Part shown: positions 28,370 to 38,418 of the stretch, one piece after another
How positions within the stretch are numbered: position 1 is the first letter of the stretch
How the letters are laid out: each line of letters begins with the position of its first letter
Origin: Candidatus Eiseniibacteriota bacterium
Lineage (GTDB): Bacteria > Eisenbacteria > RBG-16-71-46 > SZUA-252
Direction: 5' to 3'
Assembly (NCBI GenBank): GCA_003235575.1
Contig: QJVW01000128.1
Coordinates: 34,781-98,780 of the forward strand
Length of the DNA: 64,000 bases
Position numbers and translations under genes: made by a program
The notes under the pieces: generated by a model
Told to the model about the DNA's origin: nothing
Database searches by the model: none
The model's input: only the letters and a program-made list of their open reading frames with translations

Positions 28370-29674
28370 TCAGGCGTTCGATTCGTTGGATGTGGACGGA
28401 GGGAGCGGAAGCGAGACGATCACGGTCGTCCCCCTCCCGGGCGCGGAATCCGCGATCACGATGCGGCCACCATGGTACTCGTGCACCACGCGCCTCGCAA
28501 GCGCCAGGCCCAGCCCCCACCCGCGGCGCTTCGTGGTGTAGCCCGGGTCGAACGCGTGGCGCCGCTCCTCGGGCGTCATTCCCCGTCCGTCATCGGCGAC
28601 GGTGAGTTCCACGCGACGCTCCGCGCGCTTCCACGCGACGCCGATCCGGATCGTGCCCTGCGGCTTTTCCCGCGCGTCGAGGGCGTTCTTCAAGAGGTTC
28701 TCCACCACCCAGGTGATCAATTGCGGGTGGAGGAGCACGCGGGGCGCGGGCTCGTACGACTCCTCGATCGACACCGACGCCGCCATTTGCGGCAGTCGTC
28801 GGCGCACGTAGGAAACGGTGCCCGAGACGATCGTGGCCAGGTCGGCGCGTTCCAGGGTCGGCGCCGAGCCTACCTGCGCGAATCGCGAGGTGATCGTGTG
28901 GAGGCGGTCCAGGTCGCGGTCCATCTCCTCGACGATCTCCATGACCTTCTCCCGCGAGGGAGCGCCCGACTCGGCCTGGGAACGCAGCATGCCGGTCCAC
29001 CCCAGGAGCGAGGAGAGGGGTGTGCCGAGCTGATGCGCGGTCTCCTTCGCCAGGGCCGCCCACAGGGACCGCTGCTCCCCCGCCTGGAGGCTGCGCCAGC
29101 CGGCGTATCCGAAGAAGAGCAGGCCCACGATGACCCCGAACTCGAGGTACGGAATCCAACGGAGACGCGCCACGAGCGGCGGCTCTCCGTAGTGCACGTG
29201 CCCCAGGGCGCCGGGGTGTCCCAGCCGGACGATCTCGATCGGCTCGTTCACGCGGTCCAACTCCCGAACGATGTCCTGGAGCCTGGCGATCGCGGGCGCG
29301 ACCACGCCGAGCGTGTCGGCGCGGGCGATCAGGGAGTCGGGAACCGCTTCGGCGGGGATGCCGACGTGGCGCCACGCGCGGGGAATGCCCTTCGTATCCG
29401 TGAGGACCACCGGGAAGTTGATGTTCCGGACCACGTCCCGAAAGATCGGCTGAAGGCTGGGATCCTGGGCCGCCTCGAATGTCGCGACCGCGAAGAAGCG
29501 AGCGAGCACCGTGCACTGGCTGCGCGCCTCCTGGTTGAGGCTTCCGATGATGTACCTGCTGTGCGCGACCAGCGCCATCATGAGGAGGACGGCGGCGAGG
29601 AACAGGTAGACGCGGTGCGTGATCGGGCGGAGGGGCCGGCCCGCCCGTCCGGGTTTGGCGGGACGTGCGGTCAT
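28370..29674 (-). CDS. Sensor histidine kinase (PorY-like partner)
   Basis: 434 aa. Two TM helices. HisKA H-box ETAHQLGTPLSSL. HATPase_c N/G boxes (NLLKNALDA, DDGRGMT, GWGLGLAL). Confidence 0.75.
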   Translation of the reverse strand: MTARPAKPGRAGRPLRPITHRVYLFLAAVLLMMALVAHSRYIIGSLNQEARSQCTVLARFFAVATFEAAQDPSLQPIFRDVVRNINFPVVLTDTKGIPRAWRHVGIPAEAVPDSLIARADTLGVVAPAIARLQDIVRELDRVNEPIEIVRLGHPGALGHVHYGEPPLVARLRWIPYLEFGVIVGLLFFGYAGWRSLQAGEQRSLWAALAKETAHQLGTPLSSLLGWTGMLRSQAESGAPSREKVMEIVEEMDRDLDRLHTITSRFAQVGSAPTLERADLATIVSGTVSYVRRRLPQMAASVSIEESYEPAPRVLLHPQLITWVVENLLKNALDAREKPQGTIRIGVAWKRAERRVELTVADDGRGMTPEERRHAFDPGYTTKRRGWGLGLALARRVVHEYHGGRIVIADSAPGRGTTVIVSLPLPPSTSNESNA

Positions 29675-29687
29675 CGTGGTTTCCGGG

Positions 29688-30965
29688 TTACCCCGGCGTC
29701 AGCTCGCGGACGCCGTCGACGTAGGGCACGAGCGCCTCGGGAATGGTGACGGTGCCGCGCTCCGTCTGCCCGACCTCGAGGAGCGTCGCGAAGACGCGCG
29801 GAAGGGCCAGCCCCGACGCGTTCAGCGTGTGGACGTAGTCGACCTTCGCGCCTTTCCCGGGGGGACGGTAGCGAATGCCCGCGCGCCGCGCCTGGAAGTC
29901 CTCGAAGTTGCTGCACGAGGAAACCTCTAGCCAGCGCCCTTCCCCCGGCGCCCAGGTCTCCAGGTCGTAGCACTTCGCCGCCGCGAACGACATGTCGCCG
30001 GCCGCGAGGAGGATCACCCGATAGGCGAATCCCAGCGCGCGCAGCACCGCCTCGGCATCGCCCCGCAGGGCTTCGTGCTCGTCGTACGAGGTCTCGGGCG
30101 CGACGAACTTCACCAGCTCGACCTTGTCGAACTGGTGGACGCGAATCATGCCGCGCGTGTCGCGTCCATAGGAGCCGGCCTCGCGGCGGTAGGAGGGACA
30201 GTAGGCGGTCAGGTTGATCGGAAGCCGCGCGCCGTCCAGGATCTCGTCTTGATGGATGTTCGTGAGCGGGACTTCGGCCGTGGGATTCAAGTAGAGATCC
30301 TCGTCGGCCAGCCGGTACATGTCGGCTTCCAGCTTCGGGAGCTGTCCCGTTCCGAAGAGCGACTGCCCTCGCACCACGTGCGGCGGCGACACCTCGGTGT
30401 AGCCGTGTTTGCGGGTATGGAGGTCCAGCATGAACTGGATCAGCGCCCGCTCCAGACGCGCGCCCTTCCCCGTGAAGAGGAGGAACCCGGCGCCCGCGAT
30501 CTTGCCCGCCCGCTCGAAGTCGACCAGCCCGAGCGACGCGGCCAGTTCCCAGTGCGGCTTGGGCGTGAAGTCGAACGTCGCCGGCGTCCCCTCGGTGCGC
30601 ACGACGACGTTTCCGTCGGCTTCCGCGCGTGGCACCGATGCATGGGGGATGTTGGGGATCCAGGCGTGAAGCGTCTTCAGCTCGGTCTCGATCGCGTCGA
30701 GCTGCCCATCGAGCCCCTTGATCTCCTCGCCGACCTTTTTCATGGCGGCGACCGCCTCGGCGGCGTCCTTCCCCGCCTTCTTCGCCTTTCCGATCGCTTC
30801 CGAGGCCCGGTTCTTCTCGGCCTTCAGCGTCTCGACCTGGACCAACAGCTGCCGTCGCTGCTCGTCGAGCGCCAGCCAGCGATCGAGGTCGACCTCGGTC
30901 TTCTTGAACCGGCATGCCTCGCGTGCGAGGTCGGTTTCGGCGCGGAGTCGCTTGGGATCGAGCAT
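29688..30965 (-). CDS. serS: Seryl-tRNA synthetase
   Basis: 425 aa. N-terminal coiled-coil arm plus class II core motifs. Confidence 0.9.
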   Translation of the reverse strand: MLDPKRLRAETDLAREACRFKKTEVDLDRWLALDEQRRQLLVQVETLKAEKNRASEAIGKAKKAGKDAAEAVAAMKKVGEEIKGLDGQLDAIETELKTLHAWIPNIPHASVPRAEADGNVVVRTEGTPATFDFTPKPHWELAASLGLVDFERAGKIAGAGFLLFTGKGARLERALIQFMLDLHTRKHGYTEVSPPHVVRGQSLFGTGQLPKLEADMYRLADEDLYLNPTAEVPLTNIHQDEILDGARLPINLTAYCPSYRREAGSYGRDTRGMIRVHQFDKVELVKFVAPETSYDEHEALRGDAEAVLRALGFAYRVILLAAGDMSFAAAKCYDLETWAPGEGRWLEVSSCSNFEDFQARRAGIRYRPPGKGAKVDYVHTLNASGLALPRVFATLLEVGQTERGTVTIPEALVPYVDGVRELTPG

Positions 30966-31021
30966 GGTCGGAAGACGTTAGCACAACGGGGGATGCGCCG
31001 CCAGGCGGGGCGCGGCGGCGA

Positions 31022-32188
31022 CTACGCTTGCCGCACCGCCTCGGTGATCGGCATGCGGGCCGCCCGGCGGGCCGGGAAGAACCCGCCGACGAGCCCCATG
31101 CACGCGGCGAACAGCACGCCCCCAAGCAGCATTCCCGGCGTCACCTGAAAGCGGAACGCCAACTCGCTGAACGAGGCGAAGCTCATCGTCCCCGTCGTGA
31201 ACGAGCGGACGGGCAGGGCGAGGAGGCATCCGATGAGGCCGCCGAAGACGCAGAGGATCGTCGACTCGATCAGGATCGAGAGCATCACGGCGCCGCGGCT
31301 GAAGCCCAGGGCGAGGAGGGTGCCGATTTCCTTCGTCCGGGAGGAGACGGACGCGTACATCGTGTTCAGCGCGCCGAAGACGGCCCCCAGCGCCATGATG
31401 AGCGTCACGAAGAGGCCCAGCGTGCGCAGAAGGGTCGCCATCATCCCGGATTGAGCCGCATAGAACTCATCCTCCCGCCGCACCTGGAGCGAGAAACGCG
31501 GATCGGCCTCGATTCGTTTCTTCAAGGCCTCGAAGTGGCTCGGGTCGTCCAGACGCAGCGTGACGTTCTGAAACACGGGGCGGTCGAAGATCGGCATGAA
31601 GAGCTCGACGTCGCCCCAGATCTCCGAGTCGTACGCGCTTCCGTCGGCGTCCAGGATGCCGACCACGGTCCAGACGCGGCCGGCCAGCTGGATGCGCTCG
31701 TTCAAGCCGCAGTGCTTGAACCGCTCGGACAGCATCTTTCCGACGACGATCTCCTCGACGCCCGGACGGAACATCCGTCCGGCGAGCAGACGCGCGTTCT
31801 CCCGGAGCGCCAGGGAGCGCGGCGTCACGCCCCGTACGATCACGTTGGTGGTGTTCCCCGACTTGCGCTCCAGGTTCCAGATCACCACCAGTTCGGATGC
31901 CTCGAGCGGCGCGCCGTCCGCCGCGCGCGCGACTTCGGGCTGCGCCGCGACGGCATCGGCGGCCTCGCGGGAGACGATGCTCATCAATTCGGAACTGGCC
32001 CCGTTCCGGATCACGATCGCGTTCTTCGCCGAGCCCGTCGTCCGGAGCGCGGCTTCGAACCCGCCCGCCAGCGCGAGCGTGAAGATGAACACCCACGCCA
32101 CGGCGGCGATGCCGAGCGCCGTGAGCGACGTGCTGGTGCGCCGCGCCGCGAGGTTTCGAACGTTGTAGGCGAGGGGGATGAACGCCAC
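31022..32188 (-). CDS. FtsX-like ABC transporter permease (MacB/LolE-type)
   Basis: 388 aa. Four TM helices with a large periplasmic loop between TM1 and TM2. Confidence 0.7.
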   Translation of the reverse strand: MAFIPLAYNVRNLAARRTSTSLTALGIAAVAWVFIFTLALAGGFEAALRTTGSAKNAIVIRNGASSELMSIVSREAADAVAAQPEVARAADGAPLEASELVVIWNLERKSGNTTNVIVRGVTPRSLALRENARLLAGRMFRPGVEEIVVGKMLSERFKHCGLNERIQLAGRVWTVVGILDADGSAYDSEIWGDVELFMPIFDRPVFQNVTLRLDDPSHFEALKKRIEADPRFSLQVRREDEFYAAQSGMMATLLRTLGLFVTLIMALGAVFGALNTMYASVSSRTKEIGTLLALGFSRGAVMLSILIESTILCVFGGLIGCLLALPVRSFTTGTMSFASFSELAFRFQVTPGMLLGGVLFAACMGLVGGFFPARRAARMPITEAVRQA

Positions 32189-32189
32189 G

Positions 32190-33338
32190 TCAGGCGACCC
32201 GCCGCAGCGCGCCCGCGATGCGCAGGCGCGCCGCCTGGACCGCGGGGACCAGGCCGCTCAGGAGGCCCATCGCCACCGCGAGCAGCAGTCCCCAGGCGAG
32301 GGTCTCGGGGATGACCCGAAAGCTCGGAAACATGCCGTTGGCCGTGAAGTCGGAGCGGAGGAAGACCAGCCACGCCGCGCCCGACCCGATCACGCCGCCC
32401 ACGACCGAGACAAGGATGGCCTCGGCGGCGACGAGCCGCAGGACCAGTCCGTCGGTGAACCCCAGGGTCTTCAACACGGCGATCTCCGTCGTCCGTTCGC
32501 GCGCGGCCATCATCATCGTGTTCACCGTGACGAGCATGATCGCGAAGAGGATCGCCGAGCCGAGAATGGTCAGGAGCAGGCTCACGTTCCCCATCATGGA
32601 GATGAACGAAGCCTGAAACGCCTTTTCCGTCTCCGTTTTCGTCGGTTGCGGGCTGTTTTCGTAGAGGGCGTCGATGCGCGCGCTGACGGACGCCGCCTCG
32701 TCGCGGTTGGCGGTGCGGACCCAGTAGATGCCGACGTAGTCCTGGCGCGCGGCCGGCAGCGCCTCGTTCATGTAGTCCCAGTGGAAGAACAAGGTGTTCT
32801 CATCGATGTCGGTGGTCTTCCCCTTGTAGATGCCCCGCACGACGAATCTCCAGTCGCCCGGGAAAATCGTGCCGCTGATGGGAACCGTGTCCCCCCGTTT
32901 CCAGCCCCACTTCCGCGCCAGCCCCTGTCCGATGATGCAGGAGTTCCGCTCCGCGCGGAACGCCGCGATCTCCTCCGGACTCAGGAGGATCTCCGGAAAG
33001 AGATCGAGGATCGTCGGCACGTCGACGGCGAACTGGGCGAACTGGTTTTTGGGGTCCTGGTAGTAGCCACCGAACCAGTTGCCGTACGAGACGCCCGTCA
33101 CGCCCTGCACCTGGCGGATGCGGTCGCGGTAGGCCAGCGGCAGCGGGAAGACCAGGGACGCGGCGTGGCGCACCACGAGGCGCGTGTCGGCGCTGGCGCG
33201 GAGCGCGCTGTCGAAGGAGGTCATCACCGTGCGCAGCGTGGCGAAGAGGAAGAGCGCGACCGCGATCGAGAACACCGTGAGGAACGATCGCCGCTTGTGC
33301 CGCCAGAGGTGCGCGGTGATGTAGCCGAGGAACTTCAC
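32190..33338 (-). CDS. FtsX-like ABC transporter permease (second copy)
   Basis: 382 aa, with the same topology as the previous permease. Confidence 0.7.
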   Translation of the reverse strand: MKFLGYITAHLWRHKRRSFLTVFSIAVALFLFATLRTVMTSFDSALRASADTRLVVRHAASLVFPLPLAYRDRIRQVQGVTGVSYGNWFGGYYQDPKNQFAQFAVDVPTILDLFPEILLSPEEIAAFRAERNSCIIGQGLARKWGWKRGDTVPISGTIFPGDWRFVVRGIYKGKTTDIDENTLFFHWDYMNEALPAARQDYVGIYWVRTANRDEAASVSARIDALYENSPQPTKTETEKAFQASFISMMGNVSLLLTILGSAILFAIMLVTVNTMMMAARERTTEIAVLKTLGFTDGLVLRLVAAEAILVSVVGGVIGSGAAWLVFLRSDFTANGMFPSFRVIPETLAWGLLLAVAMGLLSGLVPAVQAARLRIAGALRRVA

Positions 33339-34051
33339 GCCCGCGCCGCCTCCTGTTCCTTCAGGACGCCCTTGTCGAGATGCAGGACCGCGTCCGCGCG
33401 CTCGGCCGCGTGCGGATCATGCGTGACCATGACGATCGTCTTGCCCATCTCGCGGTTCAGGCGCTGGAGCAGGGTCAGAACCTCAGCGGCGTTCTTGGCG
33501 TCCAGATCTCCCGTCGGCTCGTCCGCGACCAGGAGCGTGGGGTCGCCGACGATCGCGCGCGCGATGGCGACGCGCTGCTCCTGGCCTCCCGAAAGTTGAT
33601 GCGGGTAGTGGTGGTCACGGTCCTGGAGTCCCACCAGTTCCAGGGCGAGCCGGACGCGCTTCTTCCGCTCGCTCCCGTTCAATTTCGTGAGCAAGAGCGG
33701 CAGTTCCACGTTCTGGAAGGCCGTCAGCACCGGGATCAGGTTGTAGAGCTGAAAGATGAACCCGACGTTCCGCGCGCGCCAGGCGGACAACTGCGCGGGC
33801 TTGAGCGTTCCGAGGGACGACCCCGCCACGTCGATCGCGCCGCGCGTCGGCGTGTCGATCCCCGCGATCAGGTTGAGGATCGTCGACTTGCCGGAACCGC
33901 TCGGCCCCATGAGCGCCAGGAACTCGCCGGCGCCCACGGTCATGCTCACCCCGGTCAACACCGGGATCTCGATCTTGTCGCGGTAGTACGATTTGTGGAC
34001 ATCGCGCAGCAGAATCAACGCCTGCTTTCCCTCGCCGCCAGCCGTCATCAC
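33335..34051 (-). CDS. ABC transporter ATP-binding protein (MacB/LolD-like)
   Basis: Walker A GPSGSGKST, signature LSGGQEQRVAIARA, Walker B LLVADEPTGDLD. Confidence 0.85.
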   Translation of the reverse strand: MMTAGGEGKQALILLRDVHKSYYRDKIEIPVLTGVSMTVGAGEFLALMGPSGSGKSTILNLIAGIDTPTRGAIDVAGSSLGTLKPAQLSAWRARNVGFIFQLYNLIPVLTAFQNVELPLLLTKLNGSERKKRVRLALELVGLQDRDHHYPHQLSGGQEQRVAIARAIVGDPTLLVADEPTGDLDAKNAAEVLTLLQRLNREMGKTIVMVTHDPHAAERADAVLHLDKGVLKEQEAARA

Positions 34052-35331
34052 GATCCTTTCGCCTCGTCGCGGCGCACGCGCACGCGGTCCTTGTCGCGGA
34101 GCGTGTCGGGCGCCTCCACGATCACGCGCTCGCCCGCCGCGATTCCGCCCGCCACGGCGACCAAATCCGGGCCCGCGGGCCGGGGCGCCACGTAGCGTGC
34201 GGCGGCGCGGCCCCGTTCGACGACGAATACGGCGGCGCGGCCGTCCAGGTCCCGCACCGCTGATTTCGGAAGAAGAACCACCGCGGCGAGCGCGGCGCCC
34301 GAATCGCCCGTCGCCGCACCGGCGCCCGGCGGGCGCGCGTCCGCCAGGAACGCCACGCGCGCCCCCATTTCGGGAAGGACCCGCGTGTCGAGCGAATCGA
34401 AGGACACCTTCACCAGGACGGTGGCCTTCTGGCGGTCCGCCGTCGGCACGATCTGTCGGACGTGTCCGGGAAACCGCTCGCCGGGATAGGCGTCCAGCGT
34501 GATCTCGGCGCGCATTCCCTCGCGTGCGCGCGCGACGTAGCCTTCATTCACGTCCACCTCGACTTCCAGCGTCGCGAGGTTCGCCATGGTGACGATGGCC
34601 CCGCGGGTCAGTCCGCCGCTCGAAGGAATGGGGCTCACGATCTCCCCGACCTCGGCCTCCTTGCGGAGAATGGCGCCGGCGAAGGGGGCGCGGATGAAGG
34701 TCTTGTCCAGTTCCACCTCGGCCACGCGAAGCCCGGCCTCCGCGCTCTCGACGTCGGCGAGCGTCCGATCGACGCGCGCCCGGTCGACCTTGACGCGCGC
34801 CTCGGCCGCGTCGGCTTCCGACGCGGACATCAAGTCCCGTTCCCGCAACGAGACCATGCGCGTCCAGGCCAGCTCCGACTCGTCCCGACTCGCCTTCGCC
34901 TCTTCGTGGGCGGCCTTCGCCGCGGCGAGCGCGGCGCGGGCGGCCGCGACGGCCACGCGCTGGTCCCGGTTCCTCAGGACGCCCAGGACTTCTCCCCGCT
35001 CGACGCGGCTCCCCTCTCCAACGTAGAGCGCCTCGAGGCGGCCGGCGACTTCGGTCGATACGGAGGCGCGCTGGCGGGCGACCACGTAGCCGTTCGCGGT
35101 CAGGATCTCGGTGGCGGAGGCGCCGGGCGCGCCGCCCATCGCGACCGCCGTCGCGACGGACACCTCGAGGGGACGCGAGGCGCGCAGCGTCAGGAACGCG
35201 CCGGCGATCCCCAGGAACACGACGAGGCCGGCGACGGCGAACCAAAGCAACCGGCGACCACCCTCGGCGGAAGCCGGGGCGTCCCGATCGATGCGAAGGC
35301 CCGATAGATCGGGCCGGGGTGAATCACTCAA
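34048..35331 (-). CDS. HlyD/MacA-family periplasmic adaptor (membrane fusion protein)
   Basis: 427 aa. N-terminal TM helix, biotinyl/lipoyl-like half-motifs, long coiled coil and a beta-barrel domain. Confidence 0.75.
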   Translation of the reverse strand: MSDSPRPDLSGLRIDRDAPASAEGGRRLLWFAVAGLVVFLGIAGAFLTLRASRPLEVSVATAVAMGGAPGASATEILTANGYVVARQRASVSTEVAGRLEALYVGEGSRVERGEVLGVLRNRDQRVAVAAARAALAAAKAAHEEAKASRDESELAWTRMVSLRERDLMSASEADAAEARVKVDRARVDRTLADVESAEAGLRVAEVELDKTFIRAPFAGAILRKEAEVGEIVSPIPSSGGLTRGAIVTMANLATLEVEVDVNEGYVARAREGMRAEITLDAYPGERFPGHVRQIVPTADRQKATVLVKVSFDSLDTRVLPEMGARVAFLADARPPGAGAATGDSGAALAAVVLLPKSAVRDLDGRAAVFVVERGRAAARYVAPRPAGPDLVAVAGGIAAGERVIVEAPDTLRDKDRVRVRRDEAKGS

Positions 35332-36311
35332 CCGGTGATGCCCTTTTCCTCGCGCACCTCGCGGACCGCCGCGACCATGGCCTCCAACTTCGCGAAGGCC
35401 TCATCGGGAGTGCGCGTCTTCAGTCCACAATCGGGGTCGACGTAGATCTGTTCCGGCTTCAGCACCTCGAGCCCGCGCAGGATGCCTTCCTTGATCTCCT
35501 CCTTGGTCTCGATGCGGTGGCTGTGCACGTCCAAAACGCCGTAGCCGATCTCCTTCGTGAAGCGGTGCTCGCGGAATCGGTCCAGCAGGTCGTAGCGACT
35601 GTTGGCCAACTCGAGGTCGATCTGGTCGACCGGGAGGTCGAGCAGCGCCGGATAGATGACGTGGAAATCGCCGTAGCAGATGTGGGTGATCGTCTTCGCC
35701 TTCAACCCTTCGGTCGCGCGGGCGAACGCCTTCACCGCCAGCGACAGCTCGTCGGGACGGACCGAGATGGCCGGCTCGTCGATCTGGATGTGGGTCGCCC
35801 CCGCCTCCTGGAGCGCGAGCGCTTCCTCGTTCACGGCCGCGGCCAGGTCCATCGTCATCGCGGCACGGGACGGATAATGCTCGTTGAAGGACCAGTCCAT
35901 CATCGTATAGGGCCCGGTGAGCATCCCCTTGATCGGCTTCTTGGTCTGCTCCTGGGCGAACTTCCACCACGCGACGGTCCACGGCTCCTTGCGCCGAATG
36001 GGTCCGACCGCCACGGGCTTCCTGTAGTAGCGGTTTCCATAGGAGCGAACGGGCTTCGAGATCGCGAATCCCGGGGTTCGCTCCGCGAAATACGTGGTCA
36101 TGTCGCCCCGGTAGAGCTCGCCGTCCACGAGGATATCGAGGCCGATCTCGTCTTGGCGCTGAATGAGCTTCACCGTCTCCTCGCGCTCCATCGCGTGAAG
36201 CGCTTCCGGAGTCGCCTCGCCGCGCGCGGCTTGCTGGCGGACCTTCTCGAGCCGCGGCGGCTTCGGGAACGAGCCGACGGTGGTGGTCCAAAGTCCTCGC
36301 GGCATGGTCAT
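35328..36311 (-). CDS. Cobalamin-independent methionine synthase, C-terminal (catalytic, Zn-binding) barrel as a stand-alone protein
   Basis: Start MTMPRG, which is residue 151 of the tracked ORF. Zn ligands are conserved (ITHICYGDF, VDPDCGLKT). About 327 aa. Confidence 0.7.
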   Translation of the reverse strand: MTMPRGLWTTTVGSFPKPPRLEKVRQQAARGEATPEALHAMEREETVKLIQRQDEIGLDILVDGELYRGDMTTYFAERTPGFAISKPVRSYGNRYYRKPVAVGPIRRKEPWTVAWWKFAQEQTKKPIKGMLTGPYTMMDWSFNEHYPSRAAMTMDLAAAVNEEALALQEAGATHIQIDEPAISVRPDELSLAVKAFARATEGLKAKTITHICYGDFHVIYPALLDLPVDQIDLELANSRYDLLDRFREHRFTKEIGYGVLDVHSHRIETKEEIKEGILRGLEVLKPEQIYVDPDCGLKTRTPDEAFAKLEAMVAAVREVREEKGITG

Positions 36312-37288
36312 GCTCCTTCCCTCGCGGCGCGCGTCGCCGCGACCAGCCGCTCGAGCTTCTTCTCGGCGGTGTCCGCGGGAAGGTATTCGAGGCTGGCCGT
36401 CGGTGAGATGTGGATATCGAGATCGGGACGCGCGGCGCGGGCGCGCGCCACGGAAGCGGCCACCGCGGCCGGTTCCTCCAAGCGGGTGTTGCGGGCGTCG
36501 AGGAGACCCAGCCCAACCGTGCGGCCCTCGGGGATGCGCGGCAGCAGATCCCATCCGCCCGGGCCCTCGATCAGATCGAGCCCGATGCCGCTCCAGGGCA
36601 ACGGGCGCAGATCGTCGAAGACCTGCTGTGGCGCGCCGAACGGAACGTGGACCATCGTCTTCGCGCGACGCCCGGCCAACAGCGGCTCGTACGCCGCCAC
36701 CACCGCGCGGGCGTCCTCCGCGCGGGCGCGTCCCAGCCAGGGATCCTCGAAATGGATCCACGTGGCGCCGGCTTCCTCCAGCGCCGCGGCCTCGGCCGCG
36801 AGCGCCACGCCGTAGGCGCCGGCTCCCGCGATGGGATCACCGTACCGAATGTCTTTCGAGAACCGGTACAGCGAGTAGGGGCCGGGGAGAAAGGCCTTCA
36901 GCGGGCGGGCGCTCATGGCCTGCGCCGCGCGGAAATCGGCCGCCGTGATCGGCTGCGTCCACTCGATGGGACCGACGATCTCCGGCTGCCGATAATAGGT
37001 GTTCGTATCGATGTAGCGGAGAAGCCCCGCGATCATCACGCCCTTCAAGCCGCGCGCGACGTAGGTCTGGGCGTCGTCCCAGGCGATTTGCCCGTCCATC
37101 GGCAGATCGACGCCTTGCTTTTCCTGGAGGTCGAGGACCCGCTTCGTCGTGGCGGACACGGCGTCCGCCAGATCCTTCTCGGTTGCCCTGCCCGCGTCCA
37201 CGCGATTGCGGATCACGCGCACGTTGACGTCGCCGGGCTCGGTCGGCAGTTTCGGATAACTCCCGGCCAGCGTGGATTGGATTGTCAC
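36308..37288 (-). CDS. MetE N-terminal-barrel-like (UROD/MetE superfamily) stand-alone protein
   Basis: 326 aa. MetE/UroD-like TIM barrel without the His/Cys Zn ligands. ATGA overlap with the downstream catalytic half. Confidence 0.55.
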   Translation of the reverse strand: MTIQSTLAGSYPKLPTEPGDVNVRVIRNRVDAGRATEKDLADAVSATTKRVLDLQEKQGVDLPMDGQIAWDDAQTYVARGLKGVMIAGLLRYIDTNTYYRQPEIVGPIEWTQPITAADFRAAQAMSARPLKAFLPGPYSLYRFSKDIRYGDPIAGAGAYGVALAAEAAALEEAGATWIHFEDPWLGRARAEDARAVVAAYEPLLAGRRAKTMVHVPFGAPQQVFDDLRPLPWSGIGLDLIEGPGGWDLLPRIPEGRTVGLGLLDARNTRLEEPAAVAASVARARAARPDLDIHISPTASLEYLPADTAEKKLERLVAATRAAREGA

Positions 37289-37382
37289 GTTGCCCCCTCC
37301 ATGGAAGTCTGGGATCGGTAGCCAGGCACGATATCACGCGCGACGAAGGCGGTCCAACGACGCCGCGCGTCGACGCTTCCGA

Positions 37383-37886
37383 CTACAGCAACACGGCGAA
37401 GTCGGGATCGAGGGCGCGGAGTCGCGCCGCCGCGTCGCGATCGTCGGCAACCAGTTGAAAATCATCGAAGTCGAACCCCGGCGCGACGTTGCATGCGACG
37501 AGCGCAAAACCGCCGAGGGGGCGCGCGGCCTGCCAGGCGCCGGCGGGAACGACCACGCTCGGCACGCCGCCGGCGCCCGCGACGTTCAGGCGGTGCCGGC
37601 GAACCTCGGGTTTCTCCGGGATCACGACGAGAAGTTCGAGCGGCGCTCCGCACAGAATCGTCCACGACTCGTCCGAGCGCAGGACGTGCCAGCGGCTGTG
37701 CTGCCCTTCCGGCAGTAGAAAGTAGATCGACGTCATCGCCGCGCGCCGACCCCGCCCATCCGACGGCTCCACGGAGGCGGGCGACCGGTACCACTCCCGG
37801 TAGAACCCGCCTTCCGGATGGGGCTTCAGGTCGAGGGCCGCCGCAAGCTCATCCGCGGACGAAGCCGAAGTCCAAACCTCGCTCAT
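37383..37886 (-). CDS. Cupin-fold protein (DUF985-like)
   Basis: Start MSEVWTS, residue 176 of the tracked ORF. PHPEGGFYREWY...HSRWHVL motifs. Confidence 0.5.
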   Translation of the reverse strand: MSEVWTSASSADELAAALDLKPHPEGGFYREWYRSPASVEPSDGRGRRAAMTSIYFLLPEGQHSRWHVLRSDESWTILCGAPLELLVVIPEKPEVRRHRLNVAGAGGVPSVVVPAGAWQAARPLGGFALVACNVAPGFDFDDFQLVADDRDAAARLRALDPDFAVLL

Positions 37887-37912
37887 CGGGGGCCTCCGCG
37901 TGTCCGGCGTCG

Positions 37913-38371
37913 CTAGGGTTTCGCTTCCGCGGGGGGGCAGTAGTCGCACCCCCGATCGAAGACGACGCGCCAGACGCCGTCCGCCTCGAGCCGCCAGATC
38001 GATTGAAAGATCGCGATCTGCTTTCCGTCCGGATCGCGGACGGGCCCGCTGGTCAAGCCGAGCGTTCCCGAGTCGAGCACCGCGACGGTTTCCGGCTCCC
38101 AGGAGAACGGCGCGTCGGGTCCCTCGAAGAAACGCGCCCAGGCGGCCACAACCGTCTTCTTTCCCCGAAGCGGTCCCTTTCCGCCGAAGAAGATCGCCTC
38201 GTCCGCCACGCTGGCCGCGAACGCATCGAGATCGCGATCCGCCATGGACTTCGCGAACGCGCGCTCCGCCTCGCGAACCTGGTCGGCGGGATCGGGGGCC
38301 TTCGACGCGGTCGAGGGAACAGCCGCCATGGTCATGCCCGTCAGAATCGCCAGCACTAGAATCCTCCGCAT
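37913..38371 (-). CDS. Secreted NTF2-like/SnoaL-fold protein (DUF4440-like)
   Basis: Signal peptide MRRILVLAILTGMTMAA. About 150 aa, alpha+beta cone pattern. Confidence 0.45.
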   Translation of the reverse strand: MRRILVLAILTGMTMAAVPSTASKAPDPADQVREAERAFAKSMADRDLDAFAASVADEAIFFGGKGPLRGKKTVVAAWARFFEGPDAPFSWEPETVAVLDSGTLGLTSGPVRDPDGKQIAIFQSIWRLEADGVWRVVFDRGCDYCPPAEAKP

Positions 38372-38418
38372 GTGAGTCCTCCCACGCACGCCGCCGGCGC
38401 GGCGGTTTCACGTCAATC

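Noticed and set aside
26606-29749. 1047-aa plus-strand ORF
   Set aside because: Antisense to the PorX-like regulator and its kinase.
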